A DNA stretch of 24,000 nucleotides from an archaeon (GTDB lineage: Archaea; Iainarchaeota; Iainarchaeia; Iainarchaeales; JAAZKV01): the NCBI GenBank assembly GCA_036170245.1, contig JAVHOV010000025.1:10425-34424 (forward strand), in the 5' to 3' direction. A program made the translations under genes and the position numbers. Below, piece after piece: positions 7,464 through 14,786 of the stretch. Below the pieces are notes generated by a model. The model searched no databases, had not been told where the DNA came from, and saw nothing but the letters and a program-made list of their open reading frames with translations. The stretch's first letter is position 1. Every line of letters starts with the position of its first letter.

Positions 7464-8066
7464 TTACTTTTTTTCATCAGATTTAGTTTCTTTTTTCTCT
7501 TCACTTTTTACTTGAGGAGAACTTGCTTTTTGGGGAGCGGGAACTTTTGCAGCAGAAACTTCTTTTTTCTCTTCATGCTTATGCTCAATTTTATCAACTT
7601 TTGGTTCGGGTTTTTTCCCTTTCAAAAAAACTACTTTATCAGCAGTATTCTTCAGTGCAGCAGCAGTCATTTCTTCAGCAACAAGTGCAACAGTTTCTTT
7701 CCCGTGCGCCTTAGCTTTAATTAAAGCAGGAAGAAAATCACTATCCCTTGTAGCAAAAATAATTGTATCAATATTGGGGTTAAATGCAACTTCGGTTGCA
7801 TCACAAGCCATTACTACATCAACATCAGTAGTAGAAATAATAGGAGAAAACCCTTGGTTTACTGTTGCTTCAACTAATTTATCTGAAGCAAATTGATTAA
7901 GATAAACTCTAGCAATTTTAATTGATCCAAATTTAACTGACTCTTTTTTTATTAAATCAATATCAATCCCAAACTCTTTTCTGAGCAAATTTGGCCCGTC
8001 AACAAAAACAGCAACTCGTTTAGTTCTTGATTTAAACAATGAATCTAGCCATTTTGGAAAAACCAT
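7464..8066 (-). CDS. NYN/LabA-like (PIN-related) domain protein with a Lys/Glu-rich C-terminal tail
   Basis: 'RVAVFVDGPNLL', 'TDVDVVMACDATEVA' and 'IIFATRDSDFLPALIKAKAHGKETV' match the NYN (DUF88/LabA, archaeal TIGR00288-type) acidic-residue pattern. The last roughly 50 aa are a K/E/P/S low-complexity tail. Confidence 0.75.
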   Translation of the reverse strand: MVFPKWLDSLFKSRTKRVAVFVDGPNLLRKEFGIDIDLIKKESVKFGSIKIARVYLNQFASDKLVEATVNQGFSPIISTTDVDVVMACDATEVAFNPNIDTIIFATRDSDFLPALIKAKAHGKETVALVAEEMTAAALKNTADKVVFLKGKKPEPKVDKIEHKHEEKKEVSAAKVPAPQKASSPQVKSEEKKETKSDEKK

Positions 8067-8128
8067 ACTACTACCCTAAACGTTATCTAGCTAATTCTCA
8101 TTAAAAACTGAATAAAAAACCTTGTATA

Positions 8129-8863
8129 ATGTATTGTAGTATGCAAGCCTTAAAAAGCCTAAAAAACGAGATGCTGACGTTAAAAGACCCTAAAAAAAGA
8201 GAAGTCCTTGAGAGATTCTTTAAAACTAAAAAAGGCGAATATGCAGAAGGAGATTTATTTTATGGAATAACTGTTCCAAAAACAAGAGTTGCTGCAAAAA
8301 AATATTTTGCAAAAATGAGTTTGAAAGAAGTAGAAGACCTATTGCATTCAAAAATACATGAAGAACGTCTATGCGCTTTACTTATTTTAATTCAAAAATT
8401 AAAGGAAAAGAATTGTACTAATGAAACTAAAAAAGAAATTTATGACTTGTATTTGAAAAATACTAAATTCATCAACAATTGGGACTTGGTTGATCTAAGT
8501 GCACAGCATATAGTAGGGAAATATTTATTCGAAAACAAAAATGAACTGCAAATATTAGAAAAAATGGCTAAATCAAATCTTCTTTGGGATAGAAGAATTG
8601 CAGTGCTTTCCACATTTTACTTTATTTACCAAAAAGAATTTGATTACACTTTAAAATTAGCAGAAATTCTTTTGCATGATGAACATGATTTAATGCAAAA
8701 AGCTGTAGGATGGATGCTACGCGAAATTGGAAAAAGAGATTTACAAACTGAAGAAGATTTTTTAAAAGAAAATTACAAATTAATGCCAAGAACGATGCTA
8801 AGGTACGCAATTGAAAAATTTCCTGAAAGTAAAAGAAAAAAATATTTAAATGGAAAGATTTAA
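8129..8863 (+). CDS. DNA alkylation repair protein (AlkD/AlkC-like HEAT-repeat glycosylase family)
   Basis: 'FYGITVPKTRVAAKKY', 'NNWDLVDLSAQHIVG', 'LWDRRIAVLSTFYFI', 'QKAVGWMLREIGKRD' and 'MPRTMLRYAIEKF' are characteristic of the DNA_alkylation family. The start could instead be the second Met at 8141. Confidence 0.75.
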   Translation: MYCSMQALKSLKNEMLTLKDPKKREVLERFFKTKKGEYAEGDLFYGITVPKTRVAAKKYFAKMSLKEVEDLLHSKIHEERLCALLILIQKLKEKNCTNETKKEIYDLYLKNTKFINNWDLVDLSAQHIVGKYLFENKNELQILEKMAKSNLLWDRRIAVLSTFYFIYQKEFDYTLKLAEILLHDEHDLMQKAVGWMLREIGKRDLQTEEDFLKENYKLMPRTMLRYAIEKFPESKRKKYLNGKI

Positions 8864-8905
8864 ACAAATAAAAGTGCATTATAAAGATTAGAATGGGATG
8901 AAAAA

Positions 8906-9349
8906 TTGGCTGAAGAGAAAAAGAGAGTAGGAACTGGATTTGGAGTAATGCTACTTAAAGAAGGAAAACTGCTTTTAGGAAAAAGACATGATGATGCACA
9001 AAAAGCAGATTCAGAACTTCATGGAGAAGGAACTTGGACAATGCCTGGAGGGAAGTTTGAATATGGCGAAACTTTTGATGAAGGTGCTAAAAGAGAACTA
9101 AAAGAAGAAACTGGAATTATTTTAAAAAAATCAAGAGTAATTTGCGTGAATTGCGACAAAAATGAATTTGCACACTTTGTAACAGTAGGATTTTTAGCTA
9201 TTGAGTTTGAGGGCGAAGCAAATGTAATGGAGCCTGATGAAATAACTGAATGGAAATGGTTTAATTTTAACGAATTGCCAAAAAACATTTACTTCCCAAG
9301 CGTAAAAGTGCTTGAATGCTACAAAGAAAAGAAGTTCACCGTAAAATAG
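8906..9349 (+). CDS. NUDIX hydrolase
   Basis: Nudix box 'GGKFEYGETFDEGAKRELKEETGI' (GX5EX7REUXEEXGU). The track start at 8906 is TTG. The next in-frame ATG at 8948 would remove the first beta-strand ('RVGTGFGVMLLKEGKLLLGKR'), so the exact start is uncertain. Confidence 0.85.
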   Translation: MAEEKKRVGTGFGVMLLKEGKLLLGKRHDDAQKADSELHGEGTWTMPGGKFEYGETFDEGAKRELKEETGIILKKSRVICVNCDKNEFAHFVTVGFLAIEFEGEANVMEPDEITEWKWFNFNELPKNIYFPSVKVLECYKEKKFTVK

Positions 9350-9465
9350 AAGCCCCCAAAATAGCACTTTTTTTGGCAAACCAGCTTGGTTTTTAAACCA
9401 ATTCAACACAATTTTCTTTAATTGTTGCTTCTTTAAGGCAATACAAAAAATAAAAGGTGTGTAAA

Positions 9466-9861
9466 ATGGTTGACGAAAAGAAATTTGAACAAGCTGGACA
9501 GTTAAAGCCAGGTCATTTAGTATTAATTGATGATGAAGTGTGTCAGGTAAAAACAACTGAAAAATCAAAACCAGGAAAACACGGAGCAGCAAAAGTAAGA
9601 ATAGTTGCATTTAATATATTTACACAGCAAAAGAGAGGACTATTGAAAGCGACTGATGGCGAAGTTGAAGTTCCACTTGTACCAAAAGGAGACGGACAAG
9701 TTGTTGCAATAATGGGTGAAGTTGTTCAAATAATGGACGCTACAACTTATGAAATATTTGATTCACCAAAACCAGGTGAAGATGTTCCTAACCTGAAGTC
9801 AGGGGACCAAATAGAATACCAGAAATATGGAAACAGCATTAAAATTGTAAGAAAAAGGTAA
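9466..9861 (+). CDS. eif5a: Translation initiation factor 5A (aIF5A)
   Basis: Hypusine loop 'TEKSKPGKHGAAKVRIVA'. The track start at 9457 is a GTG that lies inside the SD (AAGGTG, 9454-9459). The ATG at 9466 follows it with 6-nt spacing. Confidence 0.9.
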   Translation: MVDEKKFEQAGQLKPGHLVLIDDEVCQVKTTEKSKPGKHGAAKVRIVAFNIFTQQKRGLLKATDGEVEVPLVPKGDGQVVAIMGEVVQIMDATTYEIFDSPKPGEDVPNLKSGDQIEYQKYGNSIKIVRKR

Positions 9862-9875
9862 GAGCACTAAACTGC

Positions 9876-9915
9876 TTTTCCCTTTTTTTCTATTTTTATC
9901 TTTTTATTTATTTTA
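9876..9915 (+). terminator. Oligo-T tract cluster downstream of aIF5A (archaeal-type terminator candidate)
   Basis: 'cttttccctttttttctatttttatctttttatttatttt' begins 15 nt after the stop codon and contains several T5-T7 runs on the coding strand. Confidence 0.35.
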
Positions 9916-9971
9916 TCAGTCAAAAGGCATTTTGCTCAAATTAATTAACCTTTACAACCACTAATTCAGTT

Positions 9972-10637
9972 ATGCAAAACAAAAAAGCACTCCTTTTAAT
10001 TTCAGGAGGAATTGATTCTCCGGTCGCAGGAAAATTAGCGCAAGAAAAAGGCTACACATTAAGCGCAATTCACTTTTCCCAAGAACCCTTTACAGATGCT
10101 ACCCCAAAACTAAAATCAATTGCTTTATGCAAACTCTTAGGACTAAAAGAAATGATTGTGGTGAATTCAGGAGAAGAGTTCAAGGAAATTGCTGACAATA
10201 GTTACAGAGAATATTATTTTATTTTAATCAAAAGATTCATGATGAGGGTTGCAGAAAACTATGCAACAGAGAATGGATTTGATTATCTAATTACTGGAGA
10301 AAGTTTGGGCCAAGTTTCTTCACAAACCTTAAGCAACTTAAATACAATAAACCAAAGTACCACTATAGAAATTCTTCGCCCAGTTTTATTTATGGGAAAA
10401 CAGGAAATAATTGATTTGAGCAAAAAATACAATTATTTTGAAACATCTAAAGGCCCTGAAATGTGCGATGCACTTGCAAGCGGAAAACCAAGAACACAAA
10501 GCACAATAGAACAAATAAAAACAGAAGAAGAAAAATGCAAAATGGAAGAACTAATAAAAATCGCAACTAAAAAAATCTCAATTGAGAACACAAATCAAAA
10601 AATAGAATTACCAAAAACAATAAATGTTTGCAAATAA
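9972..10637 (+). CDS. thiI: ThiI-like PP-loop (adenine nucleotide alpha-hydrolase) domain protein lacking the N-terminal ferredoxin-like and THUMP domains
   Basis: 'ALLLISGGIDSPVAGKLAQEKGY' is the ThiI SGGxDS PP-loop. 'LITGESLGQVSSQTLSNL', 'ILRPVLFMGKQEII' and the Cys in 'PEMCDALASGKPRTQ' match the ThiI catalytic core. The ORF begins directly at the PP-loop, and the 110-nt upstream spacer has no coding capacity for a THUMP domain. Confidence 0.8.
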   Translation: MQNKKALLLISGGIDSPVAGKLAQEKGYTLSAIHFSQEPFTDATPKLKSIALCKLLGLKEMIVVNSGEEFKEIADNSYREYYFILIKRFMMRVAENYATENGFDYLITGESLGQVSSQTLSNLNTINQSTTIEILRPVLFMGKQEIIDLSKKYNYFETSKGPEMCDALASGKPRTQSTIEQIKTEEEKCKMEELIKIATKKISIENTNQKIELPKTINVCK

Positions 10638-10661
10638 ATTTTAATAAAGGTTGAAAATAAA

Positions 10662-10943
10662 ATGGAAATAGCAGAATACACAGGAAAGCCTTGCCGAACA
10701 AAAATGGCTTATGAATTCCTTCCAAAAAAACAGCTCAACTTAAATCTTGAAAAAGCATGTGAGGAACTAAAAACAGTGGCAACTATTGAAGTTAAAACTA
10801 AAGTGCTATTGATGCTTAAATTTGATTACGCAACAATCTCACTCTTCCCTTCAGGAAAACTCTTGGTCAGAGGAGAAAGGGATGAAGAGAAAGCCAAAGA
10901 AATTGCAAGAAAAATATTGGCGTCTTTGAGTGGAAAGCGTTAA
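10662..10943 (+). CDS. Small protein resembling a single TBP-domain repeat (hypothetical)
   Basis: 93 aa. 'ATISLFPSGKLLVRGERDEEKAKEIARKILASL' parallels the TBP repeat core '[19 protein letters not shown]...A.K......L'. Upstream, 'QLNLNLEKACEEL' parallels TBP 'KLDLKxIAL' at equivalent spacing, about 50 aa from repeat start to the LIF strand. The length equals one TBP repeat. It starts 24 nt after the ThiI-like gene. Confidence 0.45.
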   Translation: MEIAEYTGKPCRTKMAYEFLPKKQLNLNLEKACEELKTVATIEVKTKVLLMLKFDYATISLFPSGKLLVRGERDEEKAKEIARKILASLSGKR

Positions 10944-10975
10944 ATAGTATAATTGACCTAATTCTAAACACTTTG

Positions 10976-10999
10976 GGGCTGATTAAATTTAATCACCCG
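10976..10999 (+). promoter_or_regulatory. Palindromic A/T-rich element (GGGC-TGATTAAATTTAATCA-CCCG), candidate TATA box or operator for the downstream membrane-protein gene
   Basis: A perfect 16-bp palindrome lies at 10980-10995, flanked by G/C clamps. Its centre is about 50 nt upstream of the ATG at 11037. A strong SD, GGAGGAG (11025-11031), lies 5 nt before that ATG. Confidence 0.3.
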
Positions 11000-11036
11000 A
11001 CACAAAAAAGCTTCAAAGAAAAATGGAGGAGAAAAA

Positions 11037-11732
11037 ATGGTAGATTTTGTAGAAGCAATGAAAAAACCATTCTCTGACTTAAAAACTCTTGGAATAGGAG
11101 CTATAATAGGCGCAATTCCTTTAGTTGGTTTACTGATTACAGGATACGGTGCAAAAACAGCCGAAGATGTAATGGGTAAAAAAAATAAGTTAAGAGCATG
11201 GAAAGTAGCTGATCTTGGAGAATATATCATAAAATTAATAATGATGATAATTATCCAAATCGCATATATGATAATACCAGGAATAATAATTGTAATAGGA
11301 GTTGGAAGTGCAATACTAACAGCATTACCAACAATAATGGCTAGCTCAGGCGACTTAAACGCAATAGCTGGTTCAATCTTGCCAAGCTTAGCGGTTGGCG
11401 GACCAATAATTATAGTAGGATTTATCCTTCTATTAGTAGCAGCATTCTTGTTACCAATGGCAACAATGAAATGGCTAAAGAAAGGAAAAATAGGAGCAGC
11501 TTTCGGACTTGGAAGCATAATAAAGAACGCACTAACTTTAGATTACATAGTAGCATTAATTGTAATCTTTGTTTATGCAATAATTCTAGTACTAGTTGCT
11601 GGAGTAATAAGCGGAATACTTGGATTAATCCCAGTATTAGGCACTATTCTAGGATTGGTAGTAATGGGCGGAGTAGCATTCGCACTAACAACTACTGAAT
11701 ATACTATACTAGCACAAGTAGTGAAAGACTAA
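11037..11732 (+). CDS. Multi-pass membrane protein, DUF4013-like
   Basis: The N-terminus 'KKPFSDLKTLGIGAIIGAIPLVGLLITGYGAKTAEDVMG...LRAWKVADLGEYIIKL' follows the DUF4013 pattern (P......w....liGg.l..iP......GY........lP.f.dw..l..dG.k). At least 5 hydrophobic spans are present. There is a strong SD upstream and a hairpin plus T-tract downstream. Confidence 0.6.
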   Translation: MVDFVEAMKKPFSDLKTLGIGAIIGAIPLVGLLITGYGAKTAEDVMGKKNKLRAWKVADLGEYIIKLIMMIIIQIAYMIIPGIIIVIGVGSAILTALPTIMASSGDLNAIAGSILPSLAVGGPIIIVGFILLLVAAFLLPMATMKWLKKGKIGAAFGLGSIIKNALTLDYIVALIVIFVYAIILVLVAGVISGILGLIPVLGTILGLVVMGGVAFALTTTEYTILAQVVKD

Positions 11733-11746
11733 ATCTAACCTTTGAG

Positions 11747-11790
11747 AATTGAAAAGGGTATTAAACTCTTTTCAATTTTTTTATTTTTTA
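11747..11790 (+). terminator. Stem-loop followed by a T-tract (intrinsic-terminator-like)
   Basis: AATTGAAAAG(GG) at 11747-11758 pairs with (CT)CTTTTCAATT at 11766-11777, leaving a 7-nt loop. It is immediately followed by TTTTTTTATTTTTT and starts 15 nt after the stop codon at 11730-11732. Confidence 0.45.
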
Positions 11791-11873
11791 AATTATTTTT
11801 ACTTAATTTAAAACCAAACCAAAAAACATTAAAAGAACTTAATACTTAATTAAGTTATAAAAAAGTGAAAAAA

Positions 11874-12305
11874 ATGGCTGCTGATTTTGATAAAAATTGT
11901 TTATTCTGCAAATTCATAAAAAAAGAAATTCCAACAGAAATCGTTTTTGAAAATGATAAAGTAATGGCGTTTTTAGATATCAATCCTGCAGGAGAACTAA
12001 TCGGACACACTTTACTAATCCCAAAAAAACATTTTAGCAACTTGGATGATACTGAAGATGAATACTTAATTGAAATGGCTAAAGTTGCAAAAAAATTATC
12101 AAAGGCAATTCAAAAAGTAAGCGGAGCTGATGGATTAAACCTAATTCAAAACAACGGCAAAGCAGCAGGGCAATGCATAATGCACGCACATTTGCACTTA
12201 ATTCCAAGAAAACATGGGGACAAGATCAGAATTGACGAAAACAGAAGAAAAACTAGACCCTTAGAATTAGTGGAAACCGCCAAAGCCATTAAAGAAAACC
12301 TCTAA
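11874..12305 (+). CDS. HIT-family (histidine triad) nucleotide hydrolase/transferase
   Basis: Histidine triad 'MHAHLHLIPR' and N-terminal 'CLFCKFI'. The track start at 11865 is GTG; the ATG is at 11874. Confidence 0.9.
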   Translation: MAADFDKNCLFCKFIKKEIPTEIVFENDKVMAFLDINPAGELIGHTLLIPKKHFSNLDDTEDEYLIEMAKVAKKLSKAIQKVSGADGLNLIQNNGKAAGQCIMHAHLHLIPRKHGDKIRIDENRRKTRPLELVETAKAIKENL

Positions 12306-12310
12306 AGTTG

Positions 12311-12354
12311 GTTTGGATTCCTTTTCTCGTAAAGGTGAACAGGGTTTGGATTCT
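12311..12354 (+). repeat. Direct repeat GGTTTGGATTC x2 (12311-12321 and 12344-12354) in the hit-mcm spacer
   Basis: The two copies are identical 11-mers 33 nt apart. The second copy is embedded in the hairpin GGGTTT-GGATTCT-AAACCC (12343-12361). Confidence 0.5.
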
Positions 12355-12611
12355 AAACCCTTAAAGTATTAATCAAACATGAACACTATATTATGCAAAG
12401 GAAAAAAAGCGTACTGAAAATAAAATTTTGGTACATCCCAACACTTTTTTTCTTGGAAATAAAATAGCTCCATTTGGGGCAAGACTTCATCTTAGTAGGA
12501 TAATCACCCCAAAAGAAAAAGTTTTGCTCCAAAAAATCAATACGTCGGCAAAAAGGATGAGAAAGCCTTAAAGAAGACTTGCTAAAAGAAAATTTATAGA
12601 AGTTGGGAAAA

Positions 12612-14732
12612 ATGGATTTAAATTTAGAAGAAATAGAAAAGTCAGACGGCTCTCCTTTTATTGAAAGATTTGAAGAATTCTTCAATATTGAATACAAAAA
12701 ACAAATTGAAAGAATTGTTGAATCCTATCCTGAAACAAGAAGCGTTATTGTTGATTTTAAGGTACTTGAAAAATTTGATCCAACTTTAGCTGATGAATTA
12801 GTAGATAATCCTGATGCAGTTTTAGAAGCAGCACACTCAGCAATTCAAAATATTCACTTACCAACTCTTACTACAGAAACTTTTAAACCACATGTTCGGT
12901 TCAGCAACATGCCAAGAGACAGAGAAATCAGTGTAAGAAATGTTGGTTCAAAACATATTGGAAAAATGTTAAGTGTTGAAGGATTAGTAAGACAAATTAC
13001 TGATGTATTGCCAAAATTAACAATGGCTGTTTGGAAATGCCGCAGATGCGGAAATGTTTACAGGATTCCCCAAGACAAACAACAATTACATCCACCAAAC
13101 ATGTGCGAATGCCATTCGAAAGAATTTAATTTAGAAGAAGAAAAAAGTGAATTTATTGATTATCAAAAAGTACAAGTTCAAGAAACCTTAGAGAAATTAA
13201 AAGGAAATGAACAAGCAACTTACCTTGATGTATATGTTAGTGATGATTTAGTAAATAAAGTTGCAGCAGGAGATAAAACAAAATTTGTTGGAGTACTAAG
13301 ACTAGTTCCTCCACAAAAAGATAAAAAAACTGTTTATGGTAGATTTTTAGAAGTAAATTCCTTAGAAGAAACTGCAAAAGAATTTTCTGAAGTAGATATT
13401 ACAAAAGAAGAAGAAATTGCAATAAATAAACTTTCAAAAGATCCAAAAATTTATGAAATGCTTGCACAAAGTATTGCACCAGCAATTTATGGACATGATG
13501 TAGTAAAAGAAAGTATTGTGTTAGAATTATTTGGAGGAGTTACAAAACATTTACCTAATAATCAAAAAATCAGAGGAAACATTCACGTACTTTTAATTGG
13601 TGACCCTGGTTGTGGAAAATCACAATTACTACAAGCAGCGCACAACATTGCCCCAAAAAGTATTTACGTTTCAGGAAAAACTACTTCAGGAGCTGGACTA
13701 ACAGCAACTGCAGTTAAAGATGAATTTGGAGAAGGAGGCTGGACTCTAAAAGCAGGAGCACTTGTTTTAAGTTCTGGCGGAGTATGTATGGCAGATGAAC
13801 TTGATAAAATGGATCCAGAAGATAGAAGTGCACTACATGAAGCAATGGAACAGGGAATAATTTCAGTTGCAAAAGCAGGGATAGTTTCTCGTTTCAAAGC
13901 AGATACTTCACTCTTAGCAGCAGCAAATCCAAAATATTCTAGATTTGATAAATTCACTCCATTTTTGGAACAAATTGATTTACCCCCATCATTAATTTCA
14001 AGATTTGATTTATTTTTTATGATAAGAGATGTATTAGATAAAACACAGGATACAAAAATTGCTGAACACATACTCAAAACCCACCAAAGTGGAGAAAAAT
14101 TAATGCAGTATAGCAAAAAAGGACAAGCATTACAAAAAGAAGAAAAAGAAGATATTGACAAAAGAACAAAACCAATAATTGATGCAGAAATATTCAAAAA
14201 ATATGTTTCACTTGCAAGACAAAAATGTTTCCCAATTTTAAGCGAAGACGCAGTAAATAGAATTTCTGATTTTTATGTGGGACTACGTGACCAAGGAAGA
14301 CAACAAGGAGCATACGCTGCTACCGCAAGACAACTTGAAGGATTAGTAAGATTATCTGAAGCAAGTGCAAGAGTTAGACTCAGCGATACTGTTGAAGTTC
14401 AAGACGCTGAACGTGCAATTAGACTAATAAAGAAATCTTTAGAAGAAACTGTAACGGATCCAGAAACAGGGCGAATTGATATTGATATAGTTACAACAGG
14501 AATTACCCAATCAAAACAAAATGCAATAAGCCAAATACTTTTCATAATTAAAGAACAAATGGGCACAGGAATTGACATGGTTCCTTATGAAGAAATAGTA
14601 CTCAAAGCAATGGAGAAAGGAATTGATGAAGAACGCGTAAAAGCAGCAGTAGATGAACTAACTAGAAAAGGAGACATTTATTCACCAAGACACCACTTCA
14701 TAAAACCGACTGCAACAAAATCAGGCCAATAA
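12612..14732 (+). CDS. mcm: Replicative helicase MCM
   Basis: N-terminal zinc finger 'CRRCGNVYRIP...MCECH'. Walker A 'GDPGCGKSQLL', Walker B 'VCMADELDKM', sensor and arginine finger 'AAANPKYSRFD...SLISRFDLFF', and a C-terminal winged helix. The track start at 12603 is TTG; the ATG is at 12612. The length of about 706 aa gives no sign of an intein. Confidence 0.95.
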   Translation: MDLNLEEIEKSDGSPFIERFEEFFNIEYKKQIERIVESYPETRSVIVDFKVLEKFDPTLADELVDNPDAVLEAAHSAIQNIHLPTLTTETFKPHVRFSNMPRDREISVRNVGSKHIGKMLSVEGLVRQITDVLPKLTMAVWKCRRCGNVYRIPQDKQQLHPPNMCECHSKEFNLEEEKSEFIDYQKVQVQETLEKLKGNEQATYLDVYVSDDLVNKVAAGDKTKFVGVLRLVPPQKDKKTVYGRFLEVNSLEETAKEFSEVDITKEEEIAINKLSKDPKIYEMLAQSIAPAIYGHDVVKESIVLELFGGVTKHLPNNQKIRGNIHVLLIGDPGCGKSQLLQAAHNIAPKSIYVSGKTTSGAGLTATAVKDEFGEGGWTLKAGALVLSSGGVCMADELDKMDPEDRSALHEAMEQGIISVAKAGIVSRFKADTSLLAAANPKYSRFDKFTPFLEQIDLPPSLISRFDLFFMIRDVLDKTQDTKIAEHILKTHQSGEKLMQYSKKGQALQKEEKEDIDKRTKPIIDAEIFKKYVSLARQKCFPILSEDAVNRISDFYVGLRDQGRQQGAYAATARQLEGLVRLSEASARVRLSDTVEVQDAERAIRLIKKSLEETVTDPETGRIDIDIVTTGITQSKQNAISQILFIIKEQMGTGIDMVPYEEIVLKAMEKGIDEERVKAAVDELTRKGDIYSPRHHFIKPTATKSGQ

Positions 14733-14786
14733 AAAAATTCAAGCAAACAATCACTAATTTAAATAAAAGAAAACAAAATAAGTGTA

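Noticed and set aside
10964-11518. 184-aa hydrophobic ORF on the minus strand overlapping the DUF4013-like gene
   Set aside because: It is the antisense shadow of a hydrophobic, codon-biased gene. The plus-strand ORF has a strong GGAGGAG SD, a recognisable N-terminal family motif and a hairpin plus T-tract terminator. The minus ORF has none of these.
12343-12361. tRNA T-arm-like hairpin GGGTTT-GGATTCT-AAACCC
   Set aside because: The loop lacks the TTCRANY T-loop consensus on either strand. No acceptor, D or anticodon arms can be built from the flanking sequence. I found no tRNA anywhere in the window.
12306-12611. Calling the hit-mcm spacer a replication origin
   Set aside because: There is no adjacent orc1/cdc6 and no recognisable ORB or mini-ORB motif, and the repeats are short. 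It is kept only as a low-confidence finding and not annotated as an origin.
12386-12697. 103-aa minus-strand ORF spanning the hit-mcm spacer and the mcm start
   Set aside because: Its sequence is low-complexity and S/F/K-rich with no motif. It overlaps the well-supported mcm N-terminus antisense and has no SD, so it is best treated as non-coding spacer.
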